A stretch of 63,451 nucleotides of DNA. Source: Christensenellales bacterium (GTDB lineage Bacteria > Bacillota > Clostridia > Christensenellales > DTU072). The notes beneath the pieces were generated by a model. The model did no database searches. It saw nothing but the letters and a program-made list of their open reading frames with translations, and was not told the origin of the DNA. The DNA lies in contig JBMNTS010000006.1 in the NCBI GenBank assembly GCA_050945855.1, forward strand, positions 1-63,451. The letters are read 5' to 3'. A program made the translations under genes and the position numbers. Shown piece after piece: positions 27,933-38,282 of this stretch (its first letter is position 1; every line of letters begins with the position of its first letter).

Positions 27933-27961
27933 CATCTTATGAGAAGCGAAAAATAAATGTG
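27933..27961 (-). promoter_or_regulatory. SigK-type promoter
   Basis: CACA-16 bp-CATAAGATG. Confidence 0.65.
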
Positions 27962-27977
27962 AAAAGGGAAAGGGAAG

Positions 27978-28562
27978 TTAATCGGCAAGCGATTGATTGA
28001 TTTTTTGCATTACTTCCTGCTTGCCGGATAAATTGAGATTGGATACCATAAGTATGTTATCCTCCCCTATCTTGAAAGCGGCGGCAATTTTCTTTTTGCG
28101 CAAAAAGGCGGCGGAACGGCTTAATTTGTCGCTTTTGGAAGCAATGATTGTAAAAGGTATATTATAATGATAAAGATAGTTAATCATATCTATATCGTCC
28201 GAAGAAGGGTCGCGCCGGATATCCAGCAATAAAAAGACGTGTCTTAGGCTTTTTGAGTCGGAAAAGTATTTTTCTATAAGTCTGCCCCACAATGCTTTTT
28301 GCTCCGCTGATACCTGTGCGTAACCGTAGCCCGGCAAGTCAACCAAATAAAACTGACCGCCGTTGCACTCAAAATAATTTATCAGGCGGGTTCTGCCGGG
28401 AGCCTTTGAGGTTTTTGCCAGCTTGGAATTGCAGGTAAGCATGTTAATAAAACTGGATTTGCCCGAATTGCTTTTGCCGCATACGGCAATTTCGGGCAAA
28501 CCGCTGTCAAATATCTGTTTTTCGGAAGCAACAGACGTTACAAATCTTGCCGATTTAATCAT
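27978..28562 (-). CDS. yihA: Ribosome biogenesis GTPase YihA/YsxC (EngB)
   Basis: GKSNSGKSS, SKAPGRTRLIN, VDLPGYGY, SKSDK. Follows lon. Confidence 0.95.
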   Translation of the reverse strand: MIKSARFVTSVASEKQIFDSGLPEIAVCGKSNSGKSSFINMLTCNSKLAKTSKAPGRTRLINYFECNGGQFYLVDLPGYGYAQVSAEQKALWGRLIEKYFSDSKSLRHVFLLLDIRRDPSSDDIDMINYLYHYNIPFTIIASKSDKLSRSAAFLRKKKIAAAFKIGEDNILMVSNLNLSGKQEVMQKINQSLAD

Positions 28563-28565
28563 TGA

Positions 28566-30848
28566 TTATGCTCCGGCGTTAAAGTTTATGGCTTGCTTAA
28601 ATACCTCTTTCGCGTCCTTGACAAAGTTGAATTTGATGGAATTTTTGACCTTAGCGGGCAGCTCTTCCACATCGTTTTGATTATCATAGGGCAATATTAT
28701 GGTATCCACTCCCGCTCTCAGCCCCGCCAGCGCCTTTTCCTTTAAGCCGCCGATAGGCAACACCCTGCCCGTAAGCGTGATTTCTCCGGTCATGGCTATA
28801 TTGCAAAATACTTCTCTGCCCGTAAGCTGGCTTAAGATAGCGGAGGCGATGGTGATGCCCGCGGAAGGGCCGTCTTTGGGAGTAGCGCCGCTGGGTACGT
28901 GGATATGTATATTATATGATTTCAGTTTTTCATCTTCAATATTATACTCGTCCTTAACCGTCTTGATATAATTAAGGGCTATCTCCGCGGATTCCTTCAT
29001 TACGTCACCCAGGCTTCCCGTCATAATAATTTTGCCTTCGCCGAAAGGTATAAGCGCGACCTCAATGCTGAGAGTGTCTCCGCCGACAGGGGTATACGCC
29101 AGCCCGTTGACTACCCCTACCTTATCCTCTTCCACCTTTTTGATGTTTTCATAAAGAGGCTTGCCTAAATGATTGTGCAGATTTCTGGAAGTAACCTTTA
29201 TGGGACTCATATCTTTGTTTGCCACATAGCTGCGGGCGGCTTTGCGCATTATCGCGTTTATTTTCTTCTCTAATTCTCTTACTCCCGATTCCCTGGTGTA
29301 TTTTTCTATGATATCCTCTATCGCTCCCTCGCTGATGCTGACCAAATCCTTTTTGATGCCGTTTTGAGCAATGGCTTTATCAACCAGGTAGCGGCGGGCT
29401 ATTTCCACCTTTTCGTCCAAGGTGTAGCCGCTCATCTCTATGACTTCCATTCTGTCCAAAAGCGGACGGGATATGGTGTCTAGGGTATTGGCGGTGGTAA
29501 TAAAGAGTACTTTGGATAAATCGAAAGATAATTCCAGATAATGGTCGCGGAAGTTGGAGTTCTGTTCGGGGTCAAGCACTTCCAGCAGCGCGCTTGCGGG
29601 GTCGCCCTTGTAATCGCTTGCCATTTTGTCGATTTCATCCATAAGAAACACGGGATTCATACTTCCGGCACTCACAATACCCGTAATAATTCTGCCAGGC
29701 ATCGCGCCCACATAAGTTTTGCGGTGTCCGCGTATCTCCGCCTCGTCTCTTACGCCGCCGAAACTTAAGCGCACGTATTTTTTTCCCATTGCTCGGGCTA
29801 TGGATTGGGCAATGGAAGTCTTGCCTATTCCGGGAGGGCCCACAAGACAAATTATTGGGCTTCTGCCCTTTTTGGAAAGTTTCCTTACGGCAAGAGCCTC
29901 GATTAGTCTTTGCTTGACTTTTTCTATTCCGTAATGGTCTTGATTAAGTATTTCCTCCGCGCGCTTCAAATCCGTATTATCGACGGTATATTTGCCCCAA
30001 GGCAAGGAAATCGCCAAATCCAGATAATTTTTCAGGATTGCCATTTCGGGACTTTGGGGCGCCGTACGCCTGATTTTGGATACCTCTTGAAGCAGTTTTT
30101 CCTTTACTTCGGCACCGGCCTTCAGCTTGCTGACCTTTTCTATGTAATCTTCTACTTCGTCGCCCTCTCCCAATTCCTTGCTTAACGCCGCCATTTGCGT
30201 GCGGATATAAAATTCCTTCTGGTTATCCTCCAAAGCGCGTTTTACCTCTTCGCTGACCCGCTTTTCCAGCTCTATTATCTCGATGTTTTCCTGTATGGCC
30301 TTTACCGCCATAACCAGGCGTTTTTCCGTATCTCTTTCGGTAAAGATAGCCTGTTCGTCTTTGGTTGACAGACTCTTTATCACAATGTCGATATTGGTAT
30401 TGATATTGTTGGTCTTGAGCTCCAGAGGTTTAAGTTGATTGAGCAGACAATATTTATAATAGGCGCTTAAAAATTCGGTCGCAAGTATTGCGCTCTTGCG
30501 GGAATCTTCGTTTTCGTATTTGATATTTTCATATTCGGAATAGACACTTTTGTCAATCGTGGTAAAATTCTTTAAGCTGACTTTGCCGTATGAGGTATAC
30601 AACAGCCTGATATTGCCGCTTTCGGGATTGACAATCTGGTCAATGGATGCAAGCACGCCTACGAAATCGGCCGCTCCATCCGTCTGCAAAAAAACTCTAT
30701 CGAAATAAGGCAAAAAAATGACCTGGTCGCTAAGCAGGCTGATATCGTCCAGCTCCGCCTTAACGTCTTTTCCGAAAAACTCTATTACTCCGCTGCTATA
30801 AGGATATATGATTGTATCTGTCTTAATTATTCTTAATAGTTTTGCCAT
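28566..30848 (-). CDS. lon: ATP-dependent Lon protease
   Basis: GPPGIGKTS, IRGHRKTYVGAMPG, DEIDK, PKDGPSAG, IGGLKEK. Confidence 0.97.
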   Translation of the reverse strand: MAKLLRIIKTDTIIYPYSSGVIEFFGKDVKAELDDISLLSDQVIFLPYFDRVFLQTDGAADFVGVLASIDQIVNPESGNIRLLYTSYGKVSLKNFTTIDKSVYSEYENIKYENEDSRKSAILATEFLSAYYKYCLLNQLKPLELKTNNINTNIDIVIKSLSTKDEQAIFTERDTEKRLVMAVKAIQENIEIIELEKRVSEEVKRALEDNQKEFYIRTQMAALSKELGEGDEVEDYIEKVSKLKAGAEVKEKLLQEVSKIRRTAPQSPEMAILKNYLDLAISLPWGKYTVDNTDLKRAEEILNQDHYGIEKVKQRLIEALAVRKLSKKGRSPIICLVGPPGIGKTSIAQSIARAMGKKYVRLSFGGVRDEAEIRGHRKTYVGAMPGRIITGIVSAGSMNPVFLMDEIDKMASDYKGDPASALLEVLDPEQNSNFRDHYLELSFDLSKVLFITTANTLDTISRPLLDRMEVIEMSGYTLDEKVEIARRYLVDKAIAQNGIKKDLVSISEGAIEDIIEKYTRESGVRELEKKINAIMRKAARSYVANKDMSPIKVTSRNLHNHLGKPLYENIKKVEEDKVGVVNGLAYTPVGGDTLSIEVALIPFGEGKIIMTGSLGDVMKESAEIALNYIKTVKDEYNIEDEKLKSYNIHIHVPSGATPKDGPSAGITIASAILSQLTGREVFCNIAMTGEITLTGRVLPIGGLKEKALAGLRAGVDTIILPYDNQNDVEELPAKVKNSIKFNFVKDAKEVFKQAINFNAGA

Positions 30849-30869
30849 GATAACCTCTTTAGTGATTTA

Positions 30870-30898
30870 ATTATACTATGACTGAAAAAAAAGTTCAA
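30870..30898 (-). promoter_or_regulatory. SigA-type promoter of lon-yihA
   Basis: TTGAAC-17 bp-TATAAT. Confidence 0.75.
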
Positions 30899-30970
30899 CC
30901 GAATTTGTTTTTAAGGCAATGCACTTTTTGGAAAAAGGTCAAAAAAAGGGCATTTTTTGTCAAATAAAGT

Positions 30971-30998
30971 AAAAAACGCGCGCAATGATGCGCGCGTT
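30971..30998 (-). terminator. Intrinsic terminator after clpX
   Basis: AACGCGCGCA-TCAT-TGCGCGCGTT followed by a T run. Confidence 0.85.
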
Positions 30999-31018
30999 GG
31001 AATAATCAGGTTTTCTTT

Positions 31019-32278
31019 TCAGATAGCTTTCTTTACCTGAGAAATATAATCTTTGTATATTATTTTGGGCGCCGCCTTTTTCTCTATCGACGCTTTGGTT
31101 ATTATAACCTTTTGAATGGAATCGTCGCTGGGTATCTCATACATCAAATCAAGCACCAGGTTTTCCACGATAGTGCGCAATCCGCGCGCTCCCGTCTTTA
31201 GCTTAATCGCCTGGCCGGCGATGGCGCGCAGGGCGTCAAGCTCGAATTCCAGAGTAACGCCGTCCAGCTTAAACAAAGATTTGAACTGGCTGATAATAGA
31301 GTTGCGGGGTTTGACCAGAATCTCTATCAGCGCGGCTTCGTCCAAAGGCTCCAGGGAAGCGACAATGGGCAGTCTGCCTACAAATTCGGGAATAAGCCCG
31401 TACTTGATAAGGTCGTCGGGCTGAAGATTTTTAAACAGCTCTTTTAAGTCCGCGTCTTTTTCTTTAAGGTTGCTGCCGAAACCAAGGGAATACGTATTGG
31501 TTCTGTTGGCTACTATCTTATCTAAGCCCACAAAAGCACCGCCGCAAATAAACAGTATATTGGTGGTATCAATGGAAATATAATCCTGTTTGGGATGTTT
31601 TCTTCCGCCTTGCGGAGGCACGTTTGCCACCGTGCTTTCAATGATTTTCAGCAGCGCCTGCTGCACCCCTTCTCCGGATACGTCGCGCGTTACGCTCATA
31701 TTTTCGCCTTTTCGGCATATTTTATCTATTTCGTCAATATAGATTATTCCTTTTTCCGCTTTGGCGATATCCCCGTTGGCGGCCTTGATAAGTTTAAGAA
31801 GCACGTTTTCCACGTCCTCTCCCACATAGCCCGCCTCAGTCAGCGTGGTTGCGTCGGAAACGGCAAAAGGCACGTTGATAATGGAAGCCAGCGTTTTTGC
31901 CAGCAGAGTCTTGCCCGAGCCGGTGGGGCCCAGCATAAGGATATTGCTTTTTTCCAAATCCACGCCGTTGTCGTGATTGTTTATTCTGGTGCGCTTATAG
32001 TGATTGTAAACCGCTACGGAAAGAATCTTTTTGGCATCTTCCTGTCCTATTATATATTCGTCGAGTTTAGCCTTAATCTCTTTGGGTTTGGGCAAATCTC
32101 CGATGCTCAAATAATTAGTGTTTACCCCCCTCTTCTCGTCGAGGTTGAGCATCTGATTAACTCTTTTAATACAATAAGTGCATATATAGGTGCCGGGCTC
32201 TCTGCCTGCGATAAGCTCGTCCACCATATCTTCGGGTCTGCCGCAAAATGAGCACTTTAAATATTCAGTCTTTTCCAA
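31019..32278 (-). CDS. clpX: Clp protease ATPase subunit ClpX
   Basis: CSFCG zinc finger, [32 protein letters not shown] loop. TTG start. Confidence 0.98.
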   Translation of the reverse strand: MEKTEYLKCSFCGRPEDMVDELIAGREPGTYICTYCIKRVNQMLNLDEKRGVNTNYLSIGDLPKPKEIKAKLDEYIIGQEDAKKILSVAVYNHYKRTRINNHDNGVDLEKSNILMLGPTGSGKTLLAKTLASIINVPFAVSDATTLTEAGYVGEDVENVLLKLIKAANGDIAKAEKGIIYIDEIDKICRKGENMSVTRDVSGEGVQQALLKIIESTVANVPPQGGRKHPKQDYISIDTTNILFICGGAFVGLDKIVANRTNTYSLGFGSNLKEKDADLKELFKNLQPDDLIKYGLIPEFVGRLPIVASLEPLDEAALIEILVKPRNSIISQFKSLFKLDGVTLEFELDALRAIAGQAIKLKTGARGLRTIVENLVLDLMYEIPSDDSIQKVIITKASIEKKAAPKIIYKDYISQVKKAI

Positions 32279-32288
32279 TTAATTCTCC

Positions 32289-32879
32289 TTACACTCTTTT
32301 ATAATACACCTTGTCAATAAGACCGTATTCCTTCGCTTCCTCAGCGCTCATAAAAAAGTCCCTGTCCGTATCCCTTTCTATCCTTTCAATAGGCTGATTG
32401 GTGTTTTTGGACAGGCATTCGTTGAGCTTTCTCTTTACTTTAAGTATATGCTCCGCCTGTATCTTGATGTCACTTGCCTGCCCTGACGCTCCGCCCAAAG
32501 GCTGATGGATCATTATCTCGCTGTTGGGCAGCGCAAACCGTTTGCCCGGCGTGCCGCTGGAGAGTAAAAACGCTCCCATGGAAGCAGCCAAACCCACGCA
32601 GATTGTGCTTACGTCACACTTAATGTAATTCATGGTATCATAAATGGCAAATCCCGCGCTTACACTGCCGCCCGGGCTGTTGATATAGAGAGAGATATCC
32701 TTGGAGGTATCTTTTGTCTCCAGATACAACAGTTGTCCCACCACTAAATTAGCGGTGGCATCGTCGATATTTCCGGTAAGAAAAATCACTCTGTCCTCAA
32801 GCAGTCTGGAATATAAATCATAGGCAGTCGTCCCGCGGTTTGTCTGCTCTATAACTGTCGGTATAGGTATCATCGGCAT
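32289..32879 (-). CDS. clpP: Clp protease proteolytic subunit
   Basis: YSRLL, INSPGG, AASMGA, MIHQP, DRD. Confidence 0.98.
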   Translation of the reverse strand: MPMIPIPTVIEQTNRGTTAYDLYSRLLEDRVIFLTGNIDDATANLVVGQLLYLETKDTSKDISLYINSPGGSVSAGFAIYDTMNYIKCDVSTICVGLAASMGAFLLSSGTPGKRFALPNSEIMIHQPLGGASGQASDIKIQAEHILKVKRKLNECLSKNTNQPIERIERDTDRDFFMSAEEAKEYGLIDKVYYKRV

Positions 32880-32894
32880 AATGCTTGCCCTCCC

Positions 32895-34187
32895 TTATTC
32901 CTTAATTGTTATTTTGTTATTTTCCTTTAAGAAGTTAAAAAACTTTTCGCTCAGCATACGGTTCATAATTCTGACAAAAGCGTTTTTATCGGCGGTCTTT
33001 TTATATTCTTCCACACTCTTGTTTTGCGCCTTTGCCAACTCCTGCATTTTAGCTTCCATTTCTTCCGCGCTTATCTGCAGGTTCTCGGTTTCGATAATTT
33101 TTTCTATTACCAAACGGGTTTTAACGCTCTTTTCCGCGTCGCCCTTGCGCTCTTCTCTCAGTCCCTCCATAGTCTGACCCGAATATTTCAAAAAGTCCTC
33201 CAGCTTTAAGCCCTGATACATCATTCTGTATTCAAGTTCCTTTATCATATCGTCCATTTCCGCTTCAATCATACTTTGCGGCGCTTCCGCTTCCGAAGCA
33301 GATACAATTTTCTCCAGCAGCTCGTTTTCCGCCTTCATCTCCGCCTCTTCGTCAGCGCGCTCTGCAAGGCGTTTTGCGATGTCCGCCTTATATTCCGCCA
33401 ATGTATCGAAATCGCTTACATCTTTGGCAAACTCGTCGTCCGCTTCGGGCAGTTCCTTAATCTTGATTTCGTTTATGGTTACGGTAAAGACCGCGTCCTT
33501 GCCCGCCAGCTCCGCATGGTATTCTTCGGGGAATTTTACGTTGATGTCCTTAGTTTCCCCAATGTTCATACCAATAAGCTGCTCTTCAAAGCCGGGTATA
33601 AAGGTTTTGCTGCCTATGGTGAGGAATTGTTTTTGCGCTGTGCCGCCTTCAAATTTTTCGCCGTTAACGCTGCCGCTGTAATCCAGATTGACCCTGTCCC
33701 CTTCCTGCACCGGGCGATTGTCTATATCTATCCACCTGCAGGCTGCTTCACGCGCGCGCTGTACTTCCGCCTCTATCTGCTCATCCGTAATTTGCGTCTT
33801 GTTGCGCTCAACCTCTATGTCCTTGTATACTCCCAGTATGACTTCGGGCTTAACTTCCACCGTTATCACTACCTTTAATCCGTCCGCGCTTATATCCTGC
33901 ACGTCCACTTCAGGTTGGCTCACGGGATACAGGTTTTGCTCTTTTTCCATAATCTCGCCGTAATATTTTTGTAAAGCTATATCCAGAGCGTCCTCAAAGA
34001 AAAGCTCTATGCCGTATCTGCGCTCCAAAATGGAACGTGGCACCTTGCCCTTTCTGAAGCCCTCAACCATATATTTATGCTTGTTTTTTATATATGCGGT
34101 GTTAATATCCTCATGCCATTGTTCTTTATCCACGCTGAAAGCTATTTCTACTTTTGTTTTGCTCAAATTTTGAATAGAGTACTCCAT
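32895..34187 (-). CDS. tig: Trigger factor
   Basis: GFRKGKVP, FEGG, FIPGFEEQLIG, FPEEYHA. Start moved to ATG 34187 behind GGAGG. Confidence 0.97.
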   Translation of the reverse strand: MEYSIQNLSKTKVEIAFSVDKEQWHEDINTAYIKNKHKYMVEGFRKGKVPRSILERRYGIELFFEDALDIALQKYYGEIMEKEQNLYPVSQPEVDVQDISADGLKVVITVEVKPEVILGVYKDIEVERNKTQITDEQIEAEVQRAREAACRWIDIDNRPVQEGDRVNLDYSGSVNGEKFEGGTAQKQFLTIGSKTFIPGFEEQLIGMNIGETKDINVKFPEEYHAELAGKDAVFTVTINEIKIKELPEADDEFAKDVSDFDTLAEYKADIAKRLAERADEEAEMKAENELLEKIVSASEAEAPQSMIEAEMDDMIKELEYRMMYQGLKLEDFLKYSGQTMEGLREERKGDAEKSVKTRLVIEKIIETENLQISAEEMEAKMQELAKAQNKSVEEYKKTADKNAFVRIMNRMLSEKFFNFLKENNKITIKE

Positions 34188-34232
34188 TAAAACCTCCGTC
34201 ATACCTATGAGAGTATAAATTTTGTTCAGTAA

Positions 34233-34315
34233 ATGATAACATATATACTTTATTTTTGCAAATAAATGCCTCTTTAAATCCCAAAGAATTATATTAAAGC
34301 ACGGCGGATTTGCAA
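34233..34315 (-). promoter_or_regulatory. Tandem SigA-type promoters of tig-clpP-clpX
   Basis: TTGCAA-16-TATAAT (34288-34315) and TTGCAA-17-TATCAT with extended TG (34233-34261). Confidence 0.6.
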
Positions 34316-34331
34316 ATATTGTCGTAATATG

Positions 34332-35594
34332 CTAGATTAGTTTTTCCAATGCGGAAATCTTGGCGGAAACAGCAAAAACCTTCATTGCCGTTTCCAACTC
34401 TTCCAGCGGCGGGAGGGTAGGCGCGATACGGATATTGGCATCCTGCGGGTCTTTGCCGTAAGGATAAGTCGCCCCCGCCGGAGTAAACACTACGCCGCAT
34501 TCGCGGGCAAGGCTCACCGTGCGTTTGGCAGTGCCGGGCATCAGGTCGCAACTGATAAAATACCCGCCCTTGGGCTTGCTCCAGCTCATAATGCCGCAAT
34601 CCGCCACTTCCTGAGTAAGCACTCTGTCCACAAGCTCGAATTTTGGGGTAAGAATGCCGCTGTGCTTTTTCATCAGCGTATCAATGGGCTCTTTCTGGAA
34701 AAACAGATAATGCAAATAATGATTGATTTTATTTGGCCCTATTGTCTGTATGCCAATAAGTTTTGCAAGATAGTCAATATTTTTTTTGCTTGCAATTATA
34801 AAGGAAACGCCGGCGCCCGCAAAGGTAATCTTGGAGGTTGAGCCGAAAGTATAGACGATATCCTCATTATTGCGCGCCTTTGCCTCGTTTAGAAGGTTAA
34901 GCAAAGGAGTGTCCTCATTATATAAGTGGTGACACATATAAGCATTGTCCCAAAAAATTCGAAAATCTTTTGCCTTCGGTTTCAGCGCGGCAAAGCGGCG
35001 CACCGTCTCGTCACTGTAAACAATCCCTGCAGGATTGGAATATTTGGGTACGCACCATATCCCTTTTACGGAGGCGTCGTTTTGCACTAAATGCTCCACC
35101 AAATCCATGTCCGGCCCGTTTTCGTCCATAGGAATGCCGATAAGCTCAAACCCGAACAGTTCGGTTATCGCAAAATGCCTGTCATAGCCGGGCACGGGAC
35201 ACAGCCATTTCAGCTTGCCCTGAGAATTAAGGGGAGGCGCGCCTGCTATGCCGAATTGCATCGCCCTTTGCAGGGTATCATACATAATATTTAAGCTGGA
35301 GCTGTCGGATAGCATAATTTCTTGGGTCTGCACGCCGCAATAGCCGGCAAAATACTCCCTTAGCTCCAACGCGCCCATTACCTCGCCGTAATTGCGCATA
35401 TCAGCGCTTGCGATAAGATTTGTGGCGCTGCTTATCAAATCAAACATCGGCATAGAAAGGTCAAGCTGCTCCTTACAAGGCTTGCCGCGCGCCATATTAA
35501 GTTTAAGACCTGCGGCTTTATATTCTTGATATATCTTCTTCTGCGCTTCCAGTTCTTCTTGCAGCTTTTCCTTGGTTAAAAGCTTGTAATCCAT
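34332..35594 (-). CDS. PLP-dependent aminotransferase (Rv3722c/AspAT subgroup Ic-like)
   Basis: LNMARGKP..QLDLS, CPVPGYDRHF, VPKYSNP, WDNAY, STSKITF, GGYFI, TYPYGKDP, IRIAP. Confidence 0.85.
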   Translation of the reverse strand: MDYKLLTKEKLQEELEAQKKIYQEYKAAGLKLNMARGKPCKEQLDLSMPMFDLISSATNLIASADMRNYGEVMGALELREYFAGYCGVQTQEIMLSDSSSLNIMYDTLQRAMQFGIAGAPPLNSQGKLKWLCPVPGYDRHFAITELFGFELIGIPMDENGPDMDLVEHLVQNDASVKGIWCVPKYSNPAGIVYSDETVRRFAALKPKAKDFRIFWDNAYMCHHLYNEDTPLLNLLNEAKARNNEDIVYTFGSTSKITFAGAGVSFIIASKKNIDYLAKLIGIQTIGPNKINHYLHYLFFQKEPIDTLMKKHSGILTPKFELVDRVLTQEVADCGIMSWSKPKGGYFISCDLMPGTAKRTVSLARECGVVFTPAGATYPYGKDPQDANIRIAPTLPPLEELETAMKVFAVSAKISALEKLI

Positions 35595-35606
35595 ATTATC
35601 CTCCGG

Positions 35607-36914
35607 TTAATCTATCTTGTTTTTTATCATTATTTTAATTGGCGTGCCCGTAAAGTCAAAGGCTTTTCTCAGGTAATTCTCCAGATAACGCTTATAGGTA
35701 AAATGCATTAATCTGCCGTCGTTTACAAACAACACAAAAGTTGGGGGAGCCACGCTTGCCTGCGTCATATAATATATCTTTAGCCTGCCTCCTCCCTTGT
35801 ACGGCGGCTCTTGAGCTAATATAGCCTGCTGCATAACGTCGTTTAACACTCCCGTGGATATACGCTGCCGCGCGCTTGAGTATACCTGATTGACCGCTTC
35901 CAGTATTTTGCCCACCCTTTGACCGGTAAGCGCGCTGGCGAATACGGCTTTGAAATATGGCATAAATCTAAGCTGTACGGCAAGATGCTTATTAAACTCG
36001 TTTATGGTAAAAGCGTCTTTTTCTATTATATCCCATTTGTTGATAACAATCACCGAAGGCTTGCCCGCTTCGTGCGTGAGCGCGCATATACGCAAATCCT
36101 GATCGGTAATACGCTCTACGGCATCCACTACGATAACGGCGACGTCCGCGTTGCGAAGTGAGCCTATTGCCCGCACCACACTGTAATATTCAAGGTCTTC
36201 CTTAACCTTGCTTTTGCGCCTTATGCCCGCGGTGTCTATAATAACATAATCCTTATTATCGTAAGTAAAAGGCGTATCCACGCTGTCTCTTGTGGTGCCG
36301 GGGATGTTGGTCACTATTACCCTTTCGTAACCCAGTATTTTATTGACCAGAGAGGATTTGCCCGCGTTGGGCTTGCCGATTACCGCGATTTTTATATTAT
36401 CCTTATCCTCGTCCGCTTCCTTGCGCTCGTCAAAATGCGAAACGACGGCGTCCAGCAAATCTCCCAGGTTTTTTCCGTGCTCCGCGCTTGTGGGTATGGG
36501 GTCGCCCATTCCCAGAGAATAAAATTCAAAAACATTCTGCACGTTATCCATTTTGTTTACGCACAAAACTACGGGTTTCCGGCTTGCCCGCAAAAAGTCG
36601 GCAATATCATAGTCGTCGGGGAGTAATCCCTGTTTTCCGTCCGTAACGAATAATATTACGTCGGCTATATCCACCGCCGCCTCCGCCTGCGCTCTGATTT
36701 GAGACCACATTTCGTCCTTGCTTTTTACCTCTATTCCGCCTGTGTCAATAAGAGTAAATTGGTAAGAGCGCCACTCAGCGTCCGCGTAAATTCTGTCACG
36801 GGTAACGCCGGGCAGATTGTCCACAATGCTCTTTCTCTGTCCGCTTATCTTATTGAATATGGTTGACTTACCCACGTTAGGTCTGCCGATTATGGCTACC
36901 AAAGGCTTATTCAT
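35607..36914 (-). CDS. der: Ribosome biogenesis GTPase Der (EngA)
   Basis: Two G domains (GRPNVGKS, GKPNAGKS), DTGG/DTAG, KH domain with YKRYLEN. Confidence 0.98.
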   Translation of the reverse strand: MNKPLVAIIGRPNVGKSTIFNKISGQRKSIVDNLPGVTRDRIYADAEWRSYQFTLIDTGGIEVKSKDEMWSQIRAQAEAAVDIADVILFVTDGKQGLLPDDYDIADFLRASRKPVVLCVNKMDNVQNVFEFYSLGMGDPIPTSAEHGKNLGDLLDAVVSHFDERKEADEDKDNIKIAVIGKPNAGKSSLVNKILGYERVIVTNIPGTTRDSVDTPFTYDNKDYVIIDTAGIRRKSKVKEDLEYYSVVRAIGSLRNADVAVIVVDAVERITDQDLRICALTHEAGKPSVIVINKWDIIEKDAFTINEFNKHLAVQLRFMPYFKAVFASALTGQRVGKILEAVNQVYSSARQRISTGVLNDVMQQAILAQEPPYKGGGRLKIYYMTQASVAPPTFVLFVNDGRLMHFTYKRYLENYLRKAFDFTGTPIKIMIKNKID

Positions 36915-36923
36915 TTTGTTTCC

Positions 36924-38207
36924 TTATCTGGCATAGACGAGAGTGTCCAAAAACGCCTCTCCCTCATTGCCGCTAACTATTATTTTTGTCTTTAAAGCGC
37001 GCCGCAAATCCTTTATCGTTTTTCCGTCCAAAAAGGTATCCGAGAACTCCCTGAACATAACGGCGGGCAATACCAGAAAATCGTTTTCGGGGAGATTATT
37101 GCCAAAAGCCGCAAGAATATCGGTATATGTAAGCAGTCCCGCTACCGTAATGGAAGGCCCGAAAAAGCGATTTTCAACGGGATAAATGCTGTATTTTAAC
37201 CCTTGCCAATGCTGCCCGATTATCTCGCACGCCTCCTTTACGTCCTTTGCCCCGCTTACAGAGGTCACTATGCCCACATTCCTTTTCCTGTTTATATGTT
37301 TTCCCTCAACCGCGCGGCGGACTTCCTCCAGAAATTTGGCGCGCAGCCCCACTCCGTTTTCGATTTGCCCGAAATCGCCGTAATATTCGTATCCGGGCAT
37401 TTCACGCTTAGCAATATTATACATTTCGTCCGAGCAAAAGCAAAAATACTTGCGCTTTTGATAATACTCTTCCGCTATATCTATGGCTAAGCGCGCGTCC
37501 TCTTTGTCAAGAGGTGTTAAGGCGGGCAGATTCTCTCTGAACGCCGTCAGACCCACCGGCACAATAGCCACGCTGAGGATGTTTTCGCCCAGCAAATACA
37601 AATCTTGCAATGTTTTTCTCAGATTGTCTTTATCGTTATATCCCTTTACCAGTACTATTTGCGTATAAATCTTAATGCCGCAGGCGGTAAGTTCTTTTAG
37701 TTGAGCGACAATATCCGGGGCTTTTTTTACCCCCAGCATTTGGCGTCTCAACTTATGGTCGGTGGTGTGAACGGACACGTATAAAGGGGATAATCTGTAA
37801 TCGAGTATCCTTTGCCATTCGCTTTTGGAAATGCCGGTCAGAGTTACGTAATTGCCCATGGAAAAGGACAGGCGGTAATCGTCGTCTTTGACGTAAAGGC
37901 TTTCTCTCAAACCTTCGGGCAGTTGCTTAACAAAGCAAAATATACAATCATTCTTGCATGTTTCGGGGACAATCTCCGCGTTTTTGAAAACAAGCCCCAT
38001 TGTTTGCGACGCGTCCTTTTTTATCTTGCATTCAAAAGGCGCGCCCTTCCTTTCCGCCTTTACGGTGATATCCTCCAATGAATCCGCGTAAATATAGTCC
38101 AGAATATCCTTAAACTCCCGGAAATTGAAAGAGTGTATTTTGTCTCGGGGTTTAAGAGGAGAGACCTTTGCCGCTCCGCCCGGAGCTATCTTTTTTATTT
38201 CTGCCAT
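36924..38207 (-). CDS. DUF512 / PDZ-associated radical-SAM-like FeS protein
   Basis: CKNDCIFCF (CxxxCxxC), LYVKDDDYRLSF, SPLYVSVHTT, VPVGLT, ENGVG, VAGLLT. Precedes der. Confidence 0.9.
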   Translation of the reverse strand: MAEIKKIAPGGAAKVSPLKPRDKIHSFNFREFKDILDYIYADSLEDITVKAERKGAPFECKIKKDASQTMGLVFKNAEIVPETCKNDCIFCFVKQLPEGLRESLYVKDDDYRLSFSMGNYVTLTGISKSEWQRILDYRLSPLYVSVHTTDHKLRRQMLGVKKAPDIVAQLKELTACGIKIYTQIVLVKGYNDKDNLRKTLQDLYLLGENILSVAIVPVGLTAFRENLPALTPLDKEDARLAIDIAEEYYQKRKYFCFCSDEMYNIAKREMPGYEYYGDFGQIENGVGLRAKFLEEVRRAVEGKHINRKRNVGIVTSVSGAKDVKEACEIIGQHWQGLKYSIYPVENRFFGPSITVAGLLTYTDILAAFGNNLPENDFLVLPAVMFREFSDTFLDGKTIKDLRRALKTKIIVSGNEGEAFLDTLVYAR

Positions 38208-38214
38208 TTACTTC

Positions 38215-38244
38215 ATTATCGGTTAATCGCATGCTTTTTGTCAA
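38215..38244 (-). promoter_or_regulatory. SigA-type promoter, probably leaderless, of DUF512-der
   Basis: TTGACA-18 bp-GATAAT, 7 nt before the ATG. No clear SD. Confidence 0.55.
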
Positions 38245-38282
38245 TTAAAATCGGCGAAATTGCAAAGTCGTTGCCAATATTA

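Noticed and set aside
27902-27988. N-terminal extension of the 232-aa ORF (MPINFPF...)
   Set aside because: It overlaps the yihA stop and the SigK promoter. ATG 27901 has the RBS.
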